Positions 57,199 to 64,000 of a stretch of DNA of 64,000 nucleotides are shown here, in pieces. Each line of letters starts with the position of its first letter. Positions within the stretch are counted from its first letter, which is position 1. This DNA is from Acidobacteriota bacterium. Its GTDB lineage: Bacteria; Acidobacteriota; UBA6911; RPQK01; JAJDTT01. Position numbers and translations under genes: made by a program. A model generated the notes under the pieces. That model saw nothing but the letters and a program-made list of their open reading frames with translations, did not search any database and had not been told where the DNA came from. The stretch lies in contig CBDCJH010000002.1 of assembly GCA_965217775.1 (NCBI GenBank), forward strand, positions 5,984,001 to 6,048,000, given 5' to 3'.

Positions 57199-57303
57199 AG
57201 CATACCGGGAGTATGTGACCGAGTCGCAACGCAGTCCGCCGGGATGCAGGGACGGTCGAATGCCGTGACGACTTTTGCCACGGACTGCCGAGACGCGGCG
57301 GGA

Positions 57304-58293
57304 TCAGAGAGACAGGCTCTCCACCTCCCGGGCCAGCTTCGAGTCGACGTTGGCGCCGCTGGCAATGAGGCAGACGCTGTCCCAGGACCAGGGTTCGCCG
57401 GCTCTCGACTGCCGCCGGAGCTTCAGGGCCGCGGCCAGGGCGGCGGCGCCGGCGCCCTCGGGCAAGGTCCCCGTGACCTCCTGGAAGAGGCGCATGGCTC
57501 GCTTCAACTCGGTTTCGGAGACCAGAACCATCCGGTCCACCACCTCCAGCATCAGCTCCACGGCTTCGGGGATGGCGACTCTGACCGCCATGCCGCCGGC
57601 GAAGGTTTCGGCTGTGGCGGTGTCCGTCGGCCTGCCGTTGGCGAAGGACAAGGCCATGCAGGGAGCTTCTTCCGACTGGATCCCGATGATCTGAACCGCC
57701 GGGTTCGCCGCCTTCAGACTGCTGGCGAGCCCTCCGATCAGCGCGCCGTTTCCGACCGGTACGAAGACCGCCTCCAAGCCGGGCTGCTGGGTGGCCAGCT
57801 CCAGCCCTATGGTCGAAGTTCCCTCGACGATCCGGGCCGACTTCCCATCCTCGATGAAACGATGACCCGGTTCAAAATCTCGTGCCAGCAACAATTCCTT
57901 GCCTTCGTCCAGGTCCCGTCCCAGCAGCTCCAGATCGGCGCCGAACTCCCGGATCAGCGCCAACTTGCTCTCATCCGCCCCCACCGGCGCCACCACGGTC
58001 AGCGCCATCCCGTACTGCCGGCAGGCGTAGGCCATGGCCGCACCATGGTTCCCGGTCGAAACCGTATAGAGCCGGGAGATTTCGGGATCGGAAACCAGAT
58101 CGGCCACCAGGTTCAAGGCGCCGCGGATCTTGAAGGATCGGACCGGACTCTCGTACTCATGCTTGACGTAGACTTTGGTCCCCAGGAGCCGGGACAGGTC
58201 ATCCTCCAGGGTCAAACGAGTCGGCGGCACCCACCGGCGGACCTCTTCCAATGCGGCCAGCGATCGCTCCGGCGACGGTCTCAGCCCGGCCAT
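57304..58293 (-). CDS. PLP-dependent threonine/serine dehydratase-family protein
   Basis: SFKIRGA, STGNHG, VPVGNG and SGANVD. Start placed at MAGLR. Confidence 0.9.
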   Translation of the reverse strand: MAGLRPSPERSLAALEEVRRWVPPTRLTLEDDLSRLLGTKVYVKHEYESPVRSFKIRGALNLVADLVSDPEISRLYTVSTGNHGAAMAYACRQYGMALTVVAPVGADESKLALIREFGADLELLGRDLDEGKELLLARDFEPGHRFIEDGKSARIVEGTSTIGLELATQQPGLEAVFVPVGNGALIGGLASSLKAANPAVQIIGIQSEEAPCMALSFANGRPTDTATAETFAGGMAVRVAIPEAVELMLEVVDRMVLVSETELKRAMRLFQEVTGTLPEGAGAAALAAALKLRRQSRAGEPWSWDSVCLIASGANVDSKLAREVESLSL

Positions 58294-58546
58294 TTCAGCA
58301 CCACCCCCGCCTTGGGCGTTCACGTTGGTCTCGACCGCGGTTCGCGGATCTGACCAAATCGGTCAACACCATCGAATCGAGGAGAAAAATCCGGCTCCAA
58401 TCCATAGTCCCCTCCGGTTGTGAAAAGATCGAAGTCATCACGATGCGCCGCCAGGAAGAAAACCACATGTCTCGTCCCAGTTCCAGGCCGTGGCATTGGA
58501 CAACCTTCGAAGCCGATGGTCACAATGGTAGGGAGGAGTCACCAGA

Positions 58547-59227
58547 ATGTTCCTGAAAGTGAGGAGGTGGACGATGAGACATCTTTTCGGGATCGGCTTG
58601 ACCGGGATTTTTCTTTCGGCGCTCCTGTTCGGTCCTGGCGCTTGGGCACAGTTGGCGAGCGATGACTCGGTCACGGGAGGCGCGGATTCGGCCACGGCGA
58701 CGCTGGCCGGTGGATGTTTCTGGTGCGTCGAAGCGGACCTCGAGAAGGTCGAAGGCGTCAAGGAGGTGATCTCGGGCTACGCCGGCGGGGCTGAGGTGAA
58801 TCCGACCTACAAGCAGGTCTCCGCCGGCAGGACCGGCCACGTCGAGGCGGTGCAGGCCATCTACGATCCCGCCCGCGTGACGTTCAGTCAATTGCTGGAG
58901 GTGTTCTGGAAACACGTCGATCCCACCGACGCCGGCGGCCAGTTCGTGGACCGGGGACCCCACTACCGGACGCTCGTCTTCTACGAGGACCAGATGCAGC
59001 GGAAGCTGGCCGAGGAATCGAAGCAGCGGCTGGAGGAATCCGGCGTGTTCGATCGGCCCATCGTGACCGAGATCAGAGAGCTCAACCGGTTCTACCGGGC
59101 CGAGGAGTATCACCAGGACTACTACAAGAAGAACGCCTTTCGGTACCGCTACTATCGTTGGAACTCGGGGCGGGATCAGTTCCTGGAACGGGTCTGGAAG
59201 GGACGACAGGTAAAACTGTCCGAGTAA
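58547..59227 (+). CDS. msrA: Peptide-methionine (S)-S-oxide reductase, exported
   Basis: AGGCFW, SGYAGG, TGHVEAV, GQFVDRG and AEEYHQDYY; N-terminal signal peptide. Start may be 58574. Confidence 0.95.
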   Translation: MFLKVRRWTMRHLFGIGLTGIFLSALLFGPGAWAQLASDDSVTGGADSATATLAGGCFWCVEADLEKVEGVKEVISGYAGGAEVNPTYKQVSAGRTGHVEAVQAIYDPARVTFSQLLEVFWKHVDPTDAGGQFVDRGPHYRTLVFYEDQMQRKLAEESKQRLEESGVFDRPIVTEIRELNRFYRAEEYHQDYYKKNAFRYRYYRWNSGRDQFLERVWKGRQVKLSE

Positions 59228-59252
59228 GCGGGCGATCCGCGTTCCCGCTGAG

Positions 59253-60434
59253 ATGCGGTTCATCGGCGACATTCCGGTGTGGGGCGATCCCCAGAAAAAC
59301 GCCGTTCTTCAGATGAAGAATTGCGCCGGGGAGGCGGAGAGTTGCGCGCTGATGGCGGACCACCATCTGGGTTATGCGGTCCCTATCGGCGGAGTCATCG
59401 CCTACGAGGGCCGCGTCAGCCCTTCAGGCGTCGGGTTCGACATCGCCTGCGGCAACAAGGCGGTCCGTCTCGATTGCGATCACCGGGACATCCGGCAGAA
59501 CATCCCGTCCATCATGGATGAGATCTGGAAGTCCCTCTCCTTCGGTGTGGGCCGGGTCAACCGGAAGCCCGTCGGCCACGACCTCTTCGACGACGATCCG
59601 GCCTGGAAGATTCCGGTGGCGGAGCGTCTGAAACCGGTCGCCAGAAAACAACTGGGCACTATCGGCAGCGGCAACCACTATGTCGACCTCTTCTCCGACG
59701 AGCAGGAGCGGATCTGGGTCGGAGTGCACTTCGGGTCGCGCGGTTTGGGCCACAAGCTGGCCAGTCACTTCATCAAGGCCGGGGGAGGCAAGAACGGGAT
59801 GCACGTGGATCCGGTGCTCCTGGACGTGGAGACCGAACTGGGGGCCGAATACGTGGCGTGCATGGAGTTGGCGGGCCGCTATGCCTACGCGGGCCGGGAT
59901 TGGGTCTGCGAAACGGTCGCTTCCATTTTGGGAGCGGAGATCCTGGAAGAAGTCCACAATCACCACAATTTCGCCTGGGAAGAAGAGCATGACGGCCGCC
60001 GCTTGTGGGTGGTGCGAAAGGGCGCCACTCCCGCCTTTCCCGGACAAAAGGGATTCGTCGGGGGTTCCATGGGCGATCGCTCCGTGATCCTGGAAGGAGT
60101 CGACTCCGGAGAGAGCGAGCAGGCCCTCTACTCCACCGTCCACGGCGCCGGCCGGGTCATGTCCCGGACCCGTGCCGCCGGCAAGACCCGATTCAAGAAG
60201 GGGAAGCGGGTCCGCATCTCGGCGGGGGAAATCAGCCGGGACATGATGTTGGCCTGGATCCGCGGCATGGGAGTGGAGCTCCGCGGGGCCGGCACCGACG
60301 AATCGCCCCATTGCTACAAACGGCTGCCCGAGGTCCTGAACGCGCACCGGGGCACCATCAAGATCCTGCACACCCTCGACCCCATCGGCGTGGCCATGGC
60401 CGCCTCGGGCGAGTTTGATCCCTATCGGGATTGA
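59253..60434 (+). CDS. rtcB: RtcB-family RNA ligase
   Basis: ADHHLGY..PIGG, VGFDIACG, GTIGSGNHY, HFGSRG, HNHHN, RKGAT, HGAGR and ESP..YK. Confidence 0.93.
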   Translation: MRFIGDIPVWGDPQKNAVLQMKNCAGEAESCALMADHHLGYAVPIGGVIAYEGRVSPSGVGFDIACGNKAVRLDCDHRDIRQNIPSIMDEIWKSLSFGVGRVNRKPVGHDLFDDDPAWKIPVAERLKPVARKQLGTIGSGNHYVDLFSDEQERIWVGVHFGSRGLGHKLASHFIKAGGGKNGMHVDPVLLDVETELGAEYVACMELAGRYAYAGRDWVCETVASILGAEILEEVHNHHNFAWEEEHDGRRLWVVRKGATPAFPGQKGFVGGSMGDRSVILEGVDSGESEQALYSTVHGAGRVMSRTRAAGKTRFKKGKRVRISAGEISRDMMLAWIRGMGVELRGAGTDESPHCYKRLPEVLNAHRGTIKILHTLDPIGVAMAASGEFDPYRD

Positions 60435-60593
60435 AGCGGCGGCTTCATCCGGGACACCGTCTGCCGAACGTTCCGGTGGAACTCTCCCACCTTGCATTCT
60501 TCAGGCTGGGCCGCCATCGCCTACGCCCCATCCCGATCCGGCGAGTTTCGGGACCGGTGCCGGACGACGTGTTACATTGAGGCCTGAGCTACA

Positions 60594-60745
60594 GTGAGTT
60601 CACGAACGTCATGTGGCGGGTGGCGGATCTGGTGCGGGACACCTTCAAGCGCGGCAAGTACCTGGACGTCATCCTGGGGCTCACGGTTGTGCTCCGTCGG
60701 CTCGAATGCGTGCTGCTGGCTCGCACCAAGCCGAAGGTTTCATCC
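60594..60745 (+). pseudogene. Frameshifted remnant of a type I HsdM N-terminus
   Basis: NVMWRVADLVRDTFKRGKYLDVILGLTV, then after a frameshift LRRLECVL..RTKPKV. Confidence 0.7.
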
Positions 60746-60785
60746 CCTACGCCCCTGATCTCCATGCCCACTTACTGATCCAGCC

Positions 60786-63236
60786 ATGCCTCTCCGCAAA
60801 TCCCACCTCTACTCCTCGCTCTGGCAGAGTTGCGACGAGCTGCGCGGCGGCATGGACGCGTCCCAGTACAAGGACTACATCCTCACCCTGCTCTTCATGA
60901 AGTACGTCTCGGACAAGTACTCAGGCGACGACGACTTCGCCGACATCACGGTGCCGCCGGGGGGAAGCTTCACCGACATGCTCGCTCTCAAGGGAACCAA
61001 GGAGATCGGCGACGGAATCAACAAGGTTATCGGCAAGCTCGCCGACGCCAACGACTACCTGCTCAAGGGCGTGATCGACCAGGCCGACTTCAACGACGAG
61101 AGCAAGCTCGGCAAGGGCAAGGAGATGCAGGACCGCCTCAGGAAGCTCGTCGGGATTTTCGAGGGACTCGATTTTCGCGCCAACCGCGCCCATGGCGACG
61201 ACCTCCTGGGCGACGCGTACGAGTACCTCATGCGGCACTTCGCGACCCAGTCGGGGAAGAGCAAGGGACAGTTCTACACTCCGGCGGAAGTCTCCCGCAT
61301 CATGGCCCAGGTGATCGGGATCGGGCCGGACGCCAGGCGGGACCAGACGGTGTACGATCCGACCTGCGGTTCCGGGTCGCTCCTCATCAAGGCCGCCGAC
61401 GCGGCGCCGAGCGGGCTGACCATTTACGGCCAGGAGAAGGACGTCGCCACGTGGACGATGGCGCGCATGAACCTGATCCTTCACGGACGCGAGGCAGCCG
61501 AGATCGAGCGCGACAACACGCTCACAAACCCGCTGTTCACGGACGGGCCGGGGTGCCTCAAGCGGTTCGACTTCGCCGTCGCCAATCCTCCGTTCTCCGA
61601 CAAGGCCTGGACCAACGGCCTCAACCCGGCCAACGACGAATACCGCCGCTTCGAGTACGGCGAACCTCCGGTCAAGAACGGAGACTACGCCTACTTGCTG
61701 CACCTCGTCGCGTCCCTCAACAGCACCGGGAAGGGTGCAATCATCATGCCGCACGGCGTCCTCTTCCGCGGCAACCGCGAGGCCGGCATCCGCCGCAACC
61801 TCGTCATGCGCGGCTTGATCAAGGGAGTCATCGGGCTCCCGGCCAACCTCTTCTACGGCACCGGGATCCCGGCGTGCATCGTGGTGATCGACAAGGAGAA
61901 CGCGCTCGGCCGCGTAGGCATCTTCATGATCGACGCCAGCAAGGGCTTCCGGAAGGACGGCGCCAAGAATCGGCTGCGGGAACGCGACTTTCACCTGATT
62001 GTGGGCGTGTTCAACGAGCAGAAGGAGACCCTCGGATACGCGCGCATGGTGCCGCTCGCCGAGATCGCCAGCGATACCAACGACTACAACCTCAACATCC
62101 CGCGATACATCGACTCGAGTGAGGGAGAGGATCTGCACGACCTGGTCGCCCATCTGCGGGGTGGCATCCCGGACCGGGACATTAACGCGCTCGGTGACTA
62201 CTGGGAGGTGTTTCCGGGGTTGCGGTCGCGGCTATTCTCGCCGAATGGGCGGGAGGGATACAGTGACGTGCGGGTTGAGGCGGGCGAGGTGAGGTCGGTT
62301 GTTCTCGAGAATGAGGAGTTCAAAGCGTACAGGGATCGGATCCGCCGGGTGTTGGGGGACTGGCGGCAGGAGCATGCGCCACGCCTTCGGGGATTGGCGG
62401 TAGGCGGCTTGCCCAAGGCACTGATCCGGGATCTGGCGGAGGACCTGCTGCGGCGTTTCGCCGGGCTCCCGCTCCTCGACCGCTACGATGTCTACCAGTG
62501 TCTGATGGACTACTGGGACGAGGTCATGCAGGACGATGTGTACCTGGTGGTTTCGGAGGGCTGGGCGGAGGCAGCGCGGCCCCGGGTGCTGGTTCCAGTG
62601 CGGGGCATGAGGACTGCGGAGTCGGCCGATCTGACCGTGAAGCGCAAGAAGTACAAGATGGACCTGCTCCCTCCTGGCCTTGTCGTCGCAAGGTATTTCG
62701 CGACCGAGCAGGCAGGGGTTGACCGTCTGCGGGCCGAGGAGGAGGCAGTTGCTCGGGAATTGGAAGAGTTCGTCGAAGAGTATTCCGGGGAAGACGGGCT
62801 GCTTGAGGGCGCGACGACCGATGCAGGGAGGGTCACGCAGGCCGCGGTCAGGAAGCGACTGAAGGTGGTCCGCAACGACCCCGAGGGACGTGACGAGCGT
62901 GACGCGCTGGAAGTCTGCCTCGATCTCATGAAGTCGCGCGCGGCGGCGAAGAGGAAGACGAAAGCGGCACAGACGGAGTTGGACGCGAAAGTGCTCGCTC
63001 GGTACGCGACGCTGACCGTGGCGGAGATTGCCGAGATCGTGGTGGACGACAAGTGGGTGACAAGCGTCAAGGCCAGTATCGGGCAGCAGGTGGAGCGATT
63101 GGCGGGTGGGCTGGTGGACCGGGTCAGGGTGCTGACGGGAAGGTATGCGGACGCGTTGCCGGAGCTCGAGCGTCACGTAGAGGACTACAGCGCCAGAGTC
63201 GAGGGCCACTTGAGGCGGATGGGGCTGCCGGGGTGA
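60786..63236 (+). CDS. hsdM: Type I restriction-modification methyltransferase subunit
   Basis: LWQSCDELRGGMD, GDAYEYL, GQFYTP, DPTCGSG and ANPPF. Confidence 0.95.
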   Translation: MPLRKSHLYSSLWQSCDELRGGMDASQYKDYILTLLFMKYVSDKYSGDDDFADITVPPGGSFTDMLALKGTKEIGDGINKVIGKLADANDYLLKGVIDQADFNDESKLGKGKEMQDRLRKLVGIFEGLDFRANRAHGDDLLGDAYEYLMRHFATQSGKSKGQFYTPAEVSRIMAQVIGIGPDARRDQTVYDPTCGSGSLLIKAADAAPSGLTIYGQEKDVATWTMARMNLILHGREAAEIERDNTLTNPLFTDGPGCLKRFDFAVANPPFSDKAWTNGLNPANDEYRRFEYGEPPVKNGDYAYLLHLVASLNSTGKGAIIMPHGVLFRGNREAGIRRNLVMRGLIKGVIGLPANLFYGTGIPACIVVIDKENALGRVGIFMIDASKGFRKDGAKNRLRERDFHLIVGVFNEQKETLGYARMVPLAEIASDTNDYNLNIPRYIDSSEGEDLHDLVAHLRGGIPDRDINALGDYWEVFPGLRSRLFSPNGREGYSDVRVEAGEVRSVVLENEEFKAYRDRIRRVLGDWRQEHAPRLRGLAVGGLPKALIRDLAEDLLRRFAGLPLLDRYDVYQCLMDYWDEVMQDDVYLVVSEGWAEAARPRVLVPVRGMRTAESADLTVKRKKYKMDLLPPGLVVARYFATEQAGVDRLRAEEEAVARELEEFVEEYSGEDGLLEGATTDAGRVTQAAVRKRLKVVRNDPEGRDERDALEVCLDLMKSRAAAKRKTKAAQTELDAKVLARYATLTVAEIAEIVVDDKWVTSVKASIGQQVERLAGGLVDRVRVLTGRYADALPELERHVEDYSARVEGHLRRMGLPG

Positions 63237-64000
63237 GCCAGCGATTTGATTTCGAACGCCTCGTCGAGCTGTGCCGGCATACCCACGTAGAGACTCGGCG
63301 CTCCGCCGCCCGCGCCGTCGACCGCTCGCTGGTCGTGCGGAACTGGCTGTTCGGATGGTACATCGTGGAGTACGGGCAGAGGGGTGCTGACCGGGCGGAG
63401 TATGGCGCGCAGACGCTGAAGAAGCTGTCGGCAGCTCTGAAAGCGAGGATCGGGCGGGGTTTTTCCTTGCGATCCCTTGAGCAGTTTCGACGCTTCTACC
63501 TGCAATCCGAAGAAACCCTGCCACAAGTCGGAAAAGCGCAAACACTGTCTGCGATTTCCGCCGCTGCCCAGAATCCGCAAACACCGTCTGCGAAATCCAC
63601 GGTATCAGGAGAGGGCCTGTCCCAAGTGCTGCGGTCTGCTTCCACCACGCTGCTTCAGCATCTCACCCTCGGCTGGTCTCACTACGTCACGCTTCTGTCC
63701 GTGACCGACCGCGAAGCCCGCCGTTTCTACGAGATCGAGGCCGCGGACAACGGCTGGAGCGTCCGCGAACTCAAGCGGCAACTCGGCAGCTCCCTGTACG
63801 AGCGGCTCGCGCTCAGCCGCGACAAGCATGAGGTCCGCCGCCTCGCCCGCGAGGGACAGGTGGTCGAGAAGGCGTCGGACCTGATCAAGGACCCAGTGGT
63901 GCTGGAGTTCCTCGACCTGGAGGAGAATCCGGCCTACTCCGAAAGCGATCTGGAAACCGCGATCATCCCGGGACTATACGGACAACAGCAGCGTTCAGGT
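63233..64000 (+). CDS. DUF1016/YhcG-family protein, 3'-partial
   Basis: GTGA overlap with hsdM. Translates MSQRFDF...NWLFGWYIVE...RAEYG...GRGFS...LGWSHY...RRFYEIEA...WSVRELKRQ...LYER...IKDPVVLEFL. Absent from the ORF track because no stop codon lies in the window. Confidence 0.88.
   Translation, partial: MSQRFDFERLVELCRHTHVETRRSAARAVDRSLVVRNWLFGWYIVEYGQRGADRAEYGAQTLKKLSAALKARIGRGFSLRSLEQFRRFYLQSEETLPQVGKAQTLSAISAAAQNPQTPSAKSTVSGEGLSQVLRSASTTLLQHLTLGWSHYVTLLSVTDREARRFYEIEAADNGWSVRELKRQLGSSLYERLALSRDKHEVRRLAREGQVVEKASDLIKDPVVLEFLDLEENPAYSESDLETAIIPGLYGQQQRSG

Larger units (their letters stand above)
55611..57200 (-). mobile_element. IS110-family element bounded by CT cores
   Basis: Minus-strand junctions CGGTATG-CT-TGTCT (core 57200-57199) and ATGGATA-CT-CCCTC (core 55612-55611). 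Removing the element restores the MITE-like element. Confidence 0.82.
55539..57290. mobile_element. MITE-like hairpin element (about 164 bp when empty), split by the IS110 insertion
   Basis: TIRs at 55539-55560 (CGGCAGTCCGTGGTGAAAGTCG) and 57269-57290 (reverse complement CGGCAGTCCGTGGCAAAAGTCG) match at 20/22. Inner arms are also complementary (GACCGTTCCTGC / GCAGGGACGGTC). Confidence 0.8.

Noticed and set aside
56618-57365. Small ORFs upstream of the IS110 transposase
   Set aside because: They overlap the structured non-coding left end and the tandem repeat and show no protein motifs.

Overview
GC-rich bacterial chromosomal window, mostly housekeeping and catabolic genes (three M20 peptidases, two enolase-superfamily enzymes, a UxaA-like dehydratase, Lon, DapF-like, PMM/PGM, PGI/PMI, MsrA, RtcB, an ECF sigma/anti-sigma pair), interrupted by four accessory blocks. 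(1) A solitary lower-GC 2471-aa candidate defence gene with an N-terminal restriction-endonuclease-like domain, TPR-like repeats, a GreA/B-C-like domain and up to three PIN-like modules (16406-23821). (2) A decayed island (about 34670-45205) carrying a C5 methyltransferase, a GHKL ATPase/histidine kinase fusion, a receiver-domain protein and Vsr, plus an intact-looking IS4 element whose transposase has a DUF4338-like N-terminus. (3) An IS110 element (55611-57200) whose putative bridge-RNA guides can be read from the sequence and match its own ends and its insertion site, which lies inside a roughly 164-bp MITE-like hairpin element. (4) The start of a type I R-M locus at the right edge. No rRNA, tRNA or CRISPR array was seen. 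All family calls come from motif recognition by eye; no searches were run.
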